Below are positions 20,401 to 32,696 of a DNA stretch of 64,000 nucleotides, piece by piece (within the stretch, counting starts at the first letter, position 1; every line of letters begins with the position of its first letter). The notes below the pieces were generated by a model that saw only the letters and a program-made list of their open reading frames with translations, searched no databases and was not told the DNA's origin. A program made the position numbers and the translations under genes. This DNA comes from Psammoneis japonica (taxonomy: Eukaryota): contig QPGO01000111.1 of the NCBI GenBank assembly GCA_008632985.1, positions 1 through 64,000 on the forward strand, read 5' to 3'.

Positions 20401-23400
20401 GAAATACCATAGTATGCTCAAGTCCTGACGACGTATTCCACAGAAGGCACGGAACAATAAGTCGACGGATTGCGTATGCCAGCGTATTGATCGATTTCAT
20501 GGATTTGACTGATGACACTTCTTCAAGAAGGTTTGACTGCTCCTGACCCCATCGGTCGAGAAAATGTGTCAGGAGTTCCATGCTCAGCAATTTACTAGCA
20601 ACATCGCGCGGTACGCTCTCTTCGGATCGTGACATGCGCCGGATCTTTGTCGAAGAGACTTTCACAAGATTCGCCATGATGGCAAAGGACATGATGTAGA
20701 TTTGTTGGCTTTCGTTCCCCAAAAGTGCTTCTGATCCAAATAACCCATTTCCACAAGATGTCATCATATCATGCCAAAAAAGTTCACTCCCACCAGATCT
20801 GTGAATTTGATGGATCGCCAACTGAGTGTAATTAGCCAGGTCAACATGTTGCACGGACCCATGAGACATTGACAACAGAAGATTATGAACTGAACCTCCT
20901 AAGCCATCAGTCCTATCCTCCATTTCGACAAGGCCCATCTCCTCACGTTCTACACTACTCAGACTGCGCAACCGTACAAGACACAATGACACCAGCTCCT
21001 TAAGCGCAAGCGCAGCAGCCTGGGGTGCACCACCAGGTAAGAATGCGCCTTCTTCTAGCAAGAGAGCTGTATCGTCAGCCAAGACTGCATTCATCCCCGT
21101 CTCCGCATCCACGCGTTGTGCCAAGGGCCAGCTAGTCGTAGTCGTAGGAAAGCTGGCACCAAAGTAGAAAACAAATAGGAAGAAACGAATGGCGTACCCG
21201 ATCGTACGTGTATTCAGTTTTCCTCCAGAATATCTGATAGCAGCATCGACGAACTCAACACAGGGTCCAAAGCTAGTTTCACGCGCGCTGGCGGTTGCAA
21301 CATCGCAGACCGACTGAATGGCTAGGTCCAAGAGAGTTAATCGAGAGCTGGCGTTGTTGCTGTTCTCTTTCGCATCTTGAACGTCTCGTCGGAAGAACTC
21401 CGTCTTGGTAAGAAGACTGTGCAGACCCTCTACTGCAATAAGGGCAGACCCACCATGATGAGTATAACAGGCAGTCAATATGGGTGTCAGTACCGCAATG
21501 CGAGACTGTAGAGACTCGTTTACGTCCGGAATTGAAGCTGCTTTACCAGGGGGTGTATCAGCATCAGAAATAACAGGGATAAAGTCCATTGCATCGAGGC
21601 AACCCTTGAGAGCCACACCGTCACGAGATGGCAAACTCGAGCGCTGAGACTCATTCAATGATTCATCTCCACTGATTATATCATGTAGTGAAAGTTCTGA
21701 CATAGAGCTGAATGAAAGGTCTCTCTTGTGATCTTTTTGATCCACGTCGGAGCCTGGTTCAATAGCTGGACTCATCATTAACAGGGACGACGAAGTATTC
21801 GTGAGGACTGAGCCATCCCCAACCAGCCCATAGTCAGATACCGAAGAAGATGAAAAGGACGACATTATGTGTTCATGGCTCCCTTGTACACTTGAAGTGT
21901 ATTTAATGGACTTAGTTGTTTTCGGGATGTCGGCACAGTCAATGGATGAATGTTGCTTCCGCGAAGCTTCGATGAGCGATATCCTATTGGAGACAGAGCT
22001 TGGACTTAACAGCGAGTGCGTTGATCGGTCCATGATATGGAAGCGTCCAACCTTTGACTCTACCACCGTTCCGCCAGTGCAGTAGTACGCTTGAAGACTG
22101 TTCTGCAGAAAAGATTGACTGCTCACGGAGCCTTGTTTTAAGTCTTTCGAAATCCGTGCTTTCGAGAAGTGAACCGACAATACCAAAGGCAAAGGCCTCA
22201 GCGTCTCTAGGTTTGCCAAGCGCTGACGAAAGGCCAGGAAGACGGGAAATCCTGCTTTGGAGCTCATGTCAGCCACGAAGTTACGAGGAGTCCTCTCGAG
22301 CACAGTATACCCTTCCGGGATGGCCTCGCCTTTGGAAGGTAGAAGAGGGATAATTCCAGTGATTGGATTTCCTTCCCTCGAGCGTCGATAGCAGAGGTAG
22401 ATCCTTTCATCAGAACAACCGTGGTTGAGATTGGCCGGGGTCGTTGAAACATCTTTAGAAGAGACATTCTCAAGTTCCTCCTCTGGGTTGTATCGTCGGA
22501 CTACACAGAAGCCGGGAGGAACAAATTCCTTCCTATCCGGAAATATAAGTGTTAACGCCGTGACGCAAGGTCGTTGAGCAGCTTTGTCCCAGCTAGGCTC
22601 CTTCTTGACGTTCAGAAAGACCTTTGTCTTTTTCTTGTTTTTGGGACTGCCCTCAGGACATCCACTTAACGCCCCAAATGGATCGCCGCTCCCAGATTGA
22701 GAGATTCGATAGTAGCCCCTTGGTGGAAGGTGGTCACCGTGAGTGACAAGGATATCCGTGATTGCTCCAGAAAGAACTGAGTCACTTGCATCTTCAATGT
22801 TCACACTTTTCGTCTTCGAAGAAACACCAGAAGAAGACCTGAAACTGCCTGTCCTGCACACCAGGGAGGTCTTCAGTGACGACACCGACGACGAGGATCG
22901 AACTTGGCGACTCGACTGGTGACGAGAGATATGCGGAGAGAAGGGAGTGGATGATAAGAAACGAGCATACTCCGAGCCATACATCTTAATTCTTCCTTGA
23001 GACGAAAGCTTTGAAGTCTCCATGGAGACACTCCGGTTTGTTGGAATCGACTTGGGTTGGCGTGTGTGGGTATCACTGGCATCCGGCACATTCTGGGGCC
23101 GTTCTCCAGGTTCTTCTCCAGCAATATCAACGTCTGTTTCTTCTGCAGGTTCTTCCCCAGCAATCTCAGCCTCCGTTTCTTCTTGAATATTGTCCATTGC
23201 ACTACACGCAGAGATATTTGGAAACTCATCGTCACAAGAATCTGAAGGGGCCAACTCCAGGTCGGCATCATCGGCAAGAGCATTCGAATCTTCAGAATCA
23301 CCACTCCGCATCATCTCAATGGCGTCGAGTACAACCTCATCACTATCGCGTGATTTCTTGCTTGAGACCCAATCACTTGAGTCATTAAAGAACTGATTTT

Positions 23401-24481
23401 TGTCGATATGCTTGACATTTGTTCGGATGGGGGTCGGCGGTAGATTATCCACGTCGCGAAAAGGCTGTTCGTCTTGGTCGATATTTTCCGCATGGATCAA
23501 TGTAGGGTCATCGGATTTAATCTCATCAACTATTACCACGTCAGAAGATCCGGATAATGTGTGTTGAACTTCGAGATCAGTTGGCTTCATACCATTCTTC
23601 TTTCGACCGAGTCTTCTTGCAAACCAACGCTTTTTGCTTATCCGTGGCTTCGAGGTCGGCGTCGAAGCAGCGTCGGCAGATGTCTTGGTATTTATCGTAG
23701 ATTCAACATTGATAATCCCGCTCTCAGGAATAGCTTCGACGTTTTCCTTGACGCTACTAAGGGATTCTTGTTCTTCTGGAATTACACCCTCGGTAAGTGA
23801 GACCGAGTCCAGGGTCCGGGAGCACAACGTGGCAAGCGCGACATTTCCCATTTTCATCTCTGAATGAGACTGACTCTTTTTATAGTTCTCCATCCAAAGG
23901 CCTTTTGATTCATTCTCTATTCCGGAACTTGAAAGAGTAGAAGTAGCCTCGAGATTGTATGCATCAATGCTCGGGTCAGCTCCGCCAGCATGCGACCCGT
24001 TCTCAGACCCCTTGAAGGACGATGCTACTGACGTGCTATCATCAAAATGCTTAAAGGCGTGCTGTTGACGCGAAGTATGAAGATGAACATGAGGGATTTT
24101 CTCGCTGTATGGGCGTGAGTAGGAGCTTCCACCTGTGGACCTTGTACCAAGGGACGCCTTGGATGATCCAAACCTTGGTGAGATAATTCGTTTTCGTTTC
24201 GGCGCAGTGATCGACGGCACCGGAGGAAATTCGTCATTGGCAGGCGGAGAGTCATTGAGAGTGACTTGTTCTAAAATAGCCTTGACGACATCACATGCCT
24301 CATCTATGCCGCTGGCTTTCGATACCGTGGAATCTTCTTTTGCTTTTGAAGCCTCCGCCCCAGTGACGTTCTGGTCTTTTGATGGAATTGACGACAGGCT
24401 GCTCATCTGACTTGCATCATCGAGTTCCTCGTTCACCTCGACATCATTTGCGTACGGCAAAAGTGCCGTTGGCAACGACAT
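17476..24481 (-). CDS. Large Sec7 ArfGEF with MABP domain, helical (DCB/HUS-like) region, Sec7 and C-terminal PH domain; introns 19741-19819 and 18872-18970
   Basis: Sec7 motifs FRLPGEAQKIDR and AFAIIMLNTDLH. PH domain (VREGDLMK...RFFLFSDVLIY...EEKNVWVVTL). MABP-like repeats (PPRGYYRI, VPPGFCVV, ANLNHG, IYLCYRR, PITGI). Both GT-AG introns preserve the frame. Confidence 0.9.
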
Positions 24482-25079
24482 TATGATGCGCTATTATAAG
24501 ACTTGCTCTTCGATCTCTATTGCAGTACTGTACCCGTGTCGTCTTCAAGAGCACAACGCGATCGAAAAAATTGGGGATGTTTGCGAAAAAGTGACGAGAA
24601 ACGAAACGTTCATCGGCGAGAAATCAATGCAAATCTAACGGAGTGTATTCGTTGATGCGCATCCGTTTTGTGTGTGTATCGTAAGGTACTTAACGACTTG
24701 TGTTTATATACACTTTAATTTTTAAGAAGTAATATGCTTACTGAACGTTGCTGTTTCATTAAACTATGTGTATTTTTAACTTTAATGCTACGCATAAATT
24801 TAGTAATCAGTTAATATATTATTAAAAAAATTGATAAATATGTTTTCTAGGATGTAATATAACACCTCTTTTGCTGATACAAATAAAGCCTCGCCGCCGA
24901 ACAAGATTTCGATTTTTGCTCACAAAGATGGTTCTCATTTTTTTTACCGTACCGGTATAGATTCGACGAGGTGTCATGAAGATTGATTCTCACACCTGTC
25001 TCTCAATTCTCGGATTCGACTCTTCCTCTTAGCGTTACGTATTGCCATGCCGGTACCGGTACAGGACGTCGTAAAAGCC

Positions 25080-25934
25080 ATGCCCACAACTACCTGCTGT
25101 TTTACATTCGTTCTTCTTGTCGGCTTATCTGCGGTTGCCGTTCAAGCTGAACTCGACGTGTTTGTTCGTGATCGCCACATTACTGTTTCTGACAAGAAAT
25201 GCGGCTTTTGCGCGGAAACTGACGGGTGCTTTTCCTTTTCAAGAGCCTTTTACGTTCAAGGAGAGTGCCGTCAACGTGCAAGCGGTGGATCTAGCATCTA
25301 TAATCTCCTTAGCGACAACGTTGTTTGTCGTCAGGACTTTAATCAAAGCTGCGAGGACCTGCCAACGTTCGACGCGGCAAGCGAGGATGACTGTGGTCAA
25401 CTCTTCAACATTGATAAATGCGAATCCTCGGTAAAAGTGACCAGGCTCAGCAACTGGTGCATCAAGTCTGACCGACCCTCTGAACCATTCGTTATTCCTG
25501 TCTTTAATGTTCAACGTTATGACAGTCTCGACGATTGTAATTCGGGAGCAGCCTTTGCGTCCTCACTACTTCCTGATGATCCACATCTATGCCTTCTTAT
25601 TGGGATCCAAGATGGTATCAACAAGTTCTATGGGAGTCGTCGGTACTACTGCAACGGCACTACGTTAACAAGCGAGATGTTCCAAGACCGGATCTGCTCA
25701 GAGCCCACCGAAACTCCGTCTGACACGGACGGAGCAACCAATCAGTGCCCTTCAACGCACACTGGCGAGGATGTTTGGACTTCGGATTGTTCCTCCGCTT
25801 CAATCTATTGCAAAGATTTTTACTCTACATATTTCGGATTACAGCTTTCTGCTGACGGCACGTCGTCTGGATCCCGAATGCTCGCAACATTGCCTCTACT
25901 GTCAGCTTGCGCGTTTAGCTTTCTCCTGTCTTGA
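25080..25934 (+). CDS. Secreted cysteine-rich protein with a hydrophobic C-terminus (possible GPI anchor)
   Basis: Signal peptide (FVLLVGLSAVAVQA), many Cys, and a small-residue run (TSSGS) before a terminal hydrophobic tail. Confidence 0.7.
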   Translation: MPTTTCCFTFVLLVGLSAVAVQAELDVFVRDRHITVSDKKCGFCAETDGCFSFSRAFYVQGECRQRASGGSSIYNLLSDNVVCRQDFNQSCEDLPTFDAASEDDCGQLFNIDKCESSVKVTRLSNWCIKSDRPSEPFVIPVFNVQRYDSLDDCNSGAAFASSLLPDDPHLCLLIGIQDGINKFYGSRRYYCNGTTLTSEMFQDRICSEPTETPSDTDGATNQCPSTHTGEDVWTSDCSSASIYCKDFYSTYFGLQLSADGTSSGSRMLATLPLLSACAFSFLLS

Positions 25935-27372
25935 GCAACACTGATGGTGAGAAATAGTGTTGTTCTAATATTATTAGTGTGCTGGTACTCTGCTCGATCA
26001 ATCGAATGTATATTTTGCCGGCAAACCACCTTTCTCTGACACAGCCATGGTGGCAGGACCTACGTACACCGCCCTCAGACAAGAGCAAGATTTGCTCTCA
26101 CTTCTCATTTTAATGCTTTCTGAAACTAGAAGACCAGCAGCACCATCTATTAGAGTCGGGTAGCCAGATCTACCATGTCTCTCTACGAGGAAGCGAAAGG
26201 ATAGCCGGCGAATCAGCGTGATCGTTCGACTACAGACAGGAAGGATTGGGTGGCGAGCTTTCATCTTCCTCCTTGACAAATCGTCCGACTACTTCTGAGC
26301 TGACGGCTTGGTTGGACTCACTCCCATAAGAACGTAAAGTGACTAATGTACGGCTAAATCTTTCCATGCAACAGCCCAAGGTCAATTCCAATGAGGAAGA
26401 ACTACTTTCGAGAGACACTGTTGCGTCTGTCACCCGGTTGTTCGCCACTTTCACAAATTTGCTTTTCGCAACAGCAAGAGCTCACTCCCATTGTTCCCAT
26501 GAGAAGCAACGGTCCGCCGACCGACACCAGAAATAGCCGCTCGAGATGCTTTGCTTCCGCTTGATGCATTCCACTTGATTTCAAATGAAACACGCTGGAA
26601 AAGGAGCATTGAATCGCACGACGTTGGAGGATTCGACCAGCCGCAGAGACCTGTGGGAGCGGCGACATTTTGATATTATTATAGCAACGTTGACTTGTCA
26701 AGGGAGAAAGAGAGAAAGAGAGCGTGTGGATACAGATAGACTACAACAAGCGCTGAGCTCGAAAGGCTGCGGCGCAAAAATGAGACCCAAGACGGCGGAA
26801 GAGCGGAAGATCTGAGTCAATCTCCGGGTTTTGTGTATCTCTCTGGCCTCGCCCTCTCTCTACCGGTACCGGTGCTCTCTACGTCTACCGGTAGGCCCTA
26901 CCTCAGCGAAAAGCTATGACCAAAACGCTTCTTTTACTATCCAATGTATGAAGAATCAACGAAGGCGACTCGGAGCTACATAAACGAGCAAAACCTGAAT
27001 CCATACTTGTCCTGTAAGGAAAAAGAGAAACATACAGTTGACGGGATAACAAGTTGCACTACCTAATGCTGTACCTCGTATGCAACACTATGGAGGTCCT
27101 CCACTCTGCCTTTTCGATACGGTCAGGACTTGTAGGATGCAAAAGACGAAAGGATCAATGTATTTAAAGTGTAATTGATTATGAAAATGTCGTGGCTTGA
27201 ATCTATATCCCAAAAAAGTCCCCGAGTTGCATGTACAGTGTGCATCGAAGCCAATCATTTCCCCGTCCCTCCCTGCCCCGTAGTTGATGATGGCATCTTC
27301 CTCTCCTGTGCGACTTAATACCATCATAGAAGAAAGCCGCCGTTGTATCCCTTGTTGTTCCCCAAGTCTCGC

Positions 27373-27840
27373 TTATGCTTGCTCTTGTAGTTGCTGTCCA
27401 ATCAACAAGTTCCAGAAATCTGTCCAATCCGGCACTTCTTGGAGAGCCTTGCAGAGAATACGCTTCATGACACCCTTTGCATTTTCTTGGCACCAAGGAT
27501 CATCACAAATAACAAGTGGTGCAAAACCAACAACCGTAGTACCGGCGTGTCCGGGAACACAAAGAAATCTCGAAGCGTTCGACTGACCACAAACACAACA
27601 CACCCAAGGTTGTGAATCAAGAATCGTTGACTGAGCTTGGAGGACCATCTTGTTCATAACAGCGGCACTGTTGGATGCCTTTTCTACGGCCTCTTGTGTC
27701 TTTTTGTTGTTCTTGTTTTTGTTCCGGCAAGTATCCAACACACGAGCGTCTCGACTTGACAAAGAAACCGGAATTGTGAACTCTTGACGATGACCAACAA
27801 GGTCGGTGACTTCTGTTTCAAAGTTAATCGTAGTAACCAT
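27373..27840 (-). CDS. Hypothetical protein with a possible Zn-binding CxxC...CxxxxC
   Basis: 155-aa ATG ORF containing WVCCVCG and PLVICDDPWC. Confidence 0.55.
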   Translation of the reverse strand: MVTTINFETEVTDLVGHRQEFTIPVSLSSRDARVLDTCRNKNKNNKKTQEAVEKASNSAAVMNKMVLQAQSTILDSQPWVCCVCGQSNASRFLCVPGHAGTTVVGFAPLVICDDPWCQENAKGVMKRILCKALQEVPDWTDFWNLLIGQQLQEQA

Positions 27841-28591
27841 TGTATTGAGAACGATAATGCGTCGTTTCGAAGCAAAATACGCCGATGAAATGAAGGGAAT
27901 GGTGGTATCAAATCGTTTTTGTGAAAAAGAGTGAGACCGGTTCGCTCAACTGCGTCGTCGCGTTTTGTCTCGTTGCTCGTTGCCGATCTTTCAGTCACAG
28001 TTCGATGCTAACGCCACCATTATGAAAAGCTTCATGTCTCTAGAAGAATTAAAACGATGGAATCTTTCGACCCCTGAGGCTTGAACATTCCTTTCAAAGA
28101 CAGCGATAATAACAAAATTCTTAACGATTTCTGAAGAATCAGGAATCTTAACTCTCTCATCGACAGAAATAGCTCCAGAGTCTTGGATTGCCGCCAACAT
28201 TTTTCGAAATTTTGGTCATCTGTGGTTTCAAATTTTCAAAGATTTATGCCCCACATTGAAAAGTGATCGCGGGAAACTCGTTGACAACTCCCAACAGGAT
28301 TTCATCACAAAAGACTGAGGCGCTTCGCAAGAGGCTCCATTGTTTCGATTCAAATGCGTAGAGACGAATATTGGCAATGGTTCTATGGCCAGTTTACACT
28401 CGCTGAGATCAACAGCGACGAATTCGGACGGCTCACAGCTCTCATCATTAACCAAGTCGTAAAAATTCATAGAGATAGGGTTAGGGAAAGCAGCAGGCAG
28501 CAGCTTGCATTTTGTGTGTTTTATGTTGTTGCGTCTCGATTACTGCCGACGCTAAAAACTACCACCAGTAATCGAGTGCTGCTAGTCAACA

Positions 28592-30178
28592 ATGACGAGT
28601 AGTAAGAAGCATTTTCTGTTACTTCTCGCTTCAGTATTGCTTCTCAGCCGAAACGCGTCTGCCGATACAGAAAACGATAAGTGTCCTTCGTCACTGCTGC
28701 ACTACGAAGAGTTTTACATCAACGGCACGTGGGTAAAGCCAGTGTCTCCGACGCCTACACTCCTCCCCGTTATCAACCCGTCAACTGCTGACCCTATTGT
28801 CTCGATATCGTTGGCAAGCTCACAAGATGTAGACGCGGCTGTATCAGCGGCACGCGATGCCTTTCCGTCGTGGTCTCACGAAACGACTGTGCAAGAGCGA
28901 ATTGGTTTTATCGAGAAACTGCTAGAGATTTACCTGGAACGGCAAGAAGAAATGGCTCAGTTGATTTCCATGGAAATGGGTGCTCCTATTGACATGGCTC
29001 GAGACGGCCAAGTAGGTTCAGGCGCCTATCACATTGAAGACTTTTTACGAATTCTCCACAACGAGGAGTTTGAGTTTGAACGGACGCTTCCTGGCGACGA
29101 TCCAGATGATCCAGCAACAAGGATATTCATGGATCCAGTGGGAGTCGTGGCCATGATTACACCGTGGAATTGGCCCATGAATCAAGTCACGCTCAAAGTC
29201 ATTCCCGCCTTGGCTGTCGGTTGTACCTGTGTTCTGAAACCATCCGAAATTGCGCCGCTCTCGTCCTTGTTGTTTGCCGAAATGATGCACGAGGCTGGTT
29301 TCCCGCCCGGTGTTTTTAATTTGGTCAATGGCGATGGAGAGGGCGCTGGAACACTATTGACAAGCCACCCATATGTAGACATGGTGTCCTTCACCGGATC
29401 CACGAGAGCAGGAAAGCTCATTACAAAATCCGCAGCGGATACATTCAAGCGAGTCAGCCTCGAGCTTGGAGGAAAGGGAGCCAATCTTATTTTTGCGGAT
29501 GCTCCAAATGTGTACGAGACGATTGAATACGGAGTGCATGGCTGCTTTGGGAACTCTGGCCAATCATGCAGTTCTCCATCTCGAATGCTGGTGGAACGGA
29601 GTATCTATGACAAGGCAATTGAGATTGCACAAGAGGTTGCAGAGGAGGTTGAGGTCGATTCGGCGGATAAAGAGGGCGACTTTTTGGGACCCGTCGTGAG
29701 CTTGCAGCAATGGGAAAAGATACAAAAATACATTGAAACTGGCATTGCGGAAGGAGCTCGGTTGGTGGCGGGTGGTTTGGGCCGGCCCGAGGGGACGAAT
29801 GGACGTGGGTACTTTGTAAAACCAACCGTCTTTTGTGACGTTGACAACAGCATGACGATTGCAAAGGAGGAAATATTTGGTCCCGTTTTGTCCATCATAC
29901 CGTTTGACACGGAAGAAGAGGCATTGGCCATTGCCAATGACACACCGTACGGCCTCACAAATTACGTTCATAGCATGAATGGCAATCGTCGAAGGCGTTT
30001 GGCGCGGCGTCTTCGTTCCGGTATGGTCGAAATGAACTACGAGGAGGGCGCAGATGGGTCGCCGTTTGGTGGGGTAAAGGCAAGTGGGAACGGTCGAGAG
30101 GGAGGAGTATGGGGAATGCAAGAGTTTTGCGAAGTCAAGGCCATCACGGGATGGTTTGACGAGGAAGACGCAGGCTGA
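28592..30178 (+). CDS. NAD-dependent aldehyde dehydrogenase with an N-terminal signal peptide
   Basis: ITPWNWP, KPSE, SFTGST, LELGGK, catalytic GQSC, EEIFGPV, PFGG.K.SG.GREGG. Intronless. Confidence 0.95.
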   Translation: MTSSKKHFLLLLASVLLLSRNASADTENDKCPSSLLHYEEFYINGTWVKPVSPTPTLLPVINPSTADPIVSISLASSQDVDAAVSAARDAFPSWSHETTVQERIGFIEKLLEIYLERQEEMAQLISMEMGAPIDMARDGQVGSGAYHIEDFLRILHNEEFEFERTLPGDDPDDPATRIFMDPVGVVAMITPWNWPMNQVTLKVIPALAVGCTCVLKPSEIAPLSSLLFAEMMHEAGFPPGVFNLVNGDGEGAGTLLTSHPYVDMVSFTGSTRAGKLITKSAADTFKRVSLELGGKGANLIFADAPNVYETIEYGVHGCFGNSGQSCSSPSRMLVERSIYDKAIEIAQEVAEEVEVDSADKEGDFLGPVVSLQQWEKIQKYIETGIAEGARLVAGGLGRPEGTNGRGYFVKPTVFCDVDNSMTIAKEEIFGPVLSIIPFDTEEEALAIANDTPYGLTNYVHSMNGNRRRRLARRLRSGMVEMNYEEGADGSPFGGVKASGNGREGGVWGMQEFCEVKAITGWFDEEDAG

Positions 30179-30379
30179 CTTTTTTTAATCAAACGTATTT
30201 GCGGAATGACATCCTACCTACTGAAAGTTAACTATTGCTTCAGGATCGCGCATACATTTTTGTTGATTGAGACTAGAACTTTCAAAGCCAATCTATTCAA
30301 CAAAAACATCGCTCGTATTTTATCGTGAGCGTTCGCTTGTTGGACATTCACCGAGCCATCGTCTACCACACTGTAGCTA

Positions 30380-32480
30380 CCGCGCTGGTTACATATCTAA
30401 GAAGTAACTCTAGAGTCGTAGCTCTTCGACTAAAAGAGCAATAAGTCGAAATTAGAGAGTCATACGCAGAGCGAAGGTCGAGGGGCGTTCGGAGGGTGCG
30501 GAGGAAACGAAGGGGAGCAGTCCGGTGGTGCGGACAGAGAGGGATTGCAGCATAGAAAGGATTGACATGTGGAGAAACGGTCGGAGATAGCTGTTCCAAA
30601 GTTGAGGCTGAGGAGCTGGGAAGCCCAAGATTGGGGGCAGATGAATGGTGCAAAGAGCTGAATTGGTCAGCAGAGAGTTGCTTCCAGACAACACACCTCG
30701 GTTGTGTTGTTTGCTTGGGGGGGGGAGGAGAGAGGTGCTGGAGAGAGAGAGCAGTGGTGTTTCTTGAAAAGCTGCAAATGAACAGGAGAAACTGTGGGAG
30801 ACGTGGAGCCATGAATGAGCTGCACATTGACACTGACAGGGCATTTGGGAGGATGGCTGGTTGGGAAGCCAGCTGGTTTGAGCAGGAGAACATGCTGAAG
30901 GGAGGGGGCAAGAGGTTTGACAACTTGACAACAGTGCAGACAGCAGCATCATGTGTGTGTTTAGAGAGAGGGCCCTTGTGAGTTGTGGGACATTGGAAGG
31001 CATGTTCCCTGAAAGAGTCAAGAACATGCTGGCAGCCACAAGGGGCAGGAGGAGCAGCAAAGGTCCAGAGGGAAAACAGGTGGGCAAAGATTCCAGAGGA
31101 GGAGAAAGGTGAGTTGGGAAGAGGAGAGATGGTTGGACAAGTGGGCTCAGGAGAGAAAGTGAAGACAGAGGCCAGTGAGCAGGGGGCTTGTTGAAAGTCA
31201 AGGTGATTGAGGAGGCCGGGGGTGTGGCATCACCACATTTGTGACAACAAACAAGGTGCAGACATGTTGAGCAAGGCTGCAAAGGCCACAGGGTGGGCTG
31301 CATCAGAAAAAAGATGGGTGAGCCAAGGTGTTGGAAGACAGAGCAGAGAGGCAAGGGGAAGAGCAAGAGTTGAGCCAGGAAGAGAAGGAAGCAGAGTGAC
31401 TGGGTGGGAGGGTGAGCTGCTGGTTGTTGGATGGGGAGATGCCATGTTTTGCCAGGTGGGAGGAACAGGCAAGAGAAACAAGGAGGGAAGGGATGGAGGC
31501 AGCGCAGATGTCATGGCAGCCAGTGCGCTGCCAAGAGGAACAAGGGGTGGGCAATGAGCTGGGTGGAGATGGGAAGCAAGAGAGGTGCCGCAGCAAGGTG
31601 ACAAAAAAGAGAGACTGCCTGATGAGAGCAAAAGAAAAAGGAGAAGCCCAGTGGAAGAGGCTTGGCTGACCTTGGAGGGCAGTTGAAAATTACAGTGGAC
31701 ATCAGATGAAAGAAGAGATGTGGGGGGTGGAGGAAACAAAGCAGCATCTGCAAAATGGCGTGCCCCCCAATTTTTTGTCAGCTGCACAGGGGTGACAAAA
31801 AACAGGACAATGAGCAAAGGAGTTGGCATCATCAGAGAGAAAGCTGGGGGCAAACTCAAAAATCCAGCAGGTCAACCAAGGAGTTGATAAGAGCATCAGT
31901 GTCTTCAGGGTTTTGTCGCGGTTGGCCGCTGGGCTCACAAAAGAAAAGGCATCAGAAAAAGCAGCAGCAACATTGTCAGCACAGAGAGAGAGAGAGAGAG
32001 AGATGGAGAGGACAGGGATGATGTGAGGAGAGATCTTGGTCTTGGAGCGGTCGAGGACAGTGTCGAAGCAAGGCAGGGGCAAAAAAGGAGAGGTGGCGGT
32101 GCAGGAGCAAAAAAAGGAGTGATGGAGCAAGAGGGAGGAGGGCACATGGTTGGTGTCATCAAGGCAAGAGGAGGTGGCAGCCTTGGAGTGGGCTGGAAGG
32201 CAAAGCTGTCATTCTTGGTTCAGAGGAGCAAGGGCCCTGCCTGGCAAGAAGGACAAGACTGGAGAACAAAGGTGGGCCAAGCTGGCGCCAGTCTTGGACG
32301 AACCCTTCTGCTGCTGGCTGTTGGAGAAAGTCACGGCACACCAACAAACGTTGGGTTCTTGACACATGAGGTGGAAAAAGGGGAGGAGAGGTCGAAATTT
32401 AGGAGAGGAAGAGAGCGCAACGCGACAGGCATCCCGGGAAGCTGCCATGCTTTGGAGGGGTTTTGGCAGCCACCGACCAA
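30380..32480 (-). mobile_element. Degenerate 5'-truncated non-LTR retrotransposon relic (CRE/Ambal-like RT)
   Basis: Fragmented RT-like peptides on -: SRDACRVAL...LLPFFHLM.QEPNVCW, EGFVQ..LGPPLF (QGxPLxP-like), SFLSDD (YxDD-like), LGG.PF. Strong purine skew, TpA and CpG nearly absent, (AG)n at ~31982. Confidence 0.55.
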
Positions 32481-32696
32481 CGACCAACAACGACCAACGA
32501 CGAGACGCACATTCCAATTCAACATGAGACAAAAAGACGCGACTGAAACTTTATGAACGTATTTAACTTTGAAGATTGATTATATATGAACATCCTCAGA
32601 TCTGAACAAACGATACATTTGGAACTTTGGAGCTTGCTTCCATTGTTCCACGCAGAAACAATGGCACAACTTGATCGAGAGCTTCATTGAACCGCC

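Noticed and set aside
24690..24890. AT-rich island (also ~44780-44880 and ~56350-56400) as a centromere candidate
   Set aside because: Only 100-200 bp and located just upstream of gene starts; more simply promoter or intergenic DNA.
25998..26701. Short minus-strand ORFs as a gene
   Set aside because: No recognisable domain or convincing splice path; could be a fragment but is unsupported.
27991..28470. Two short minus-strand ORFs upstream of the ALDH
   Set aside because: Interrupted by stops and with no recognisable motif.
30452..32556. Long Leu/Pro/Ser-rich and Gly/Arg/Glu-rich ORFs as real proteins
   Set aside because: By-products of strand skew and stop-codon loss in a retroelement relic.
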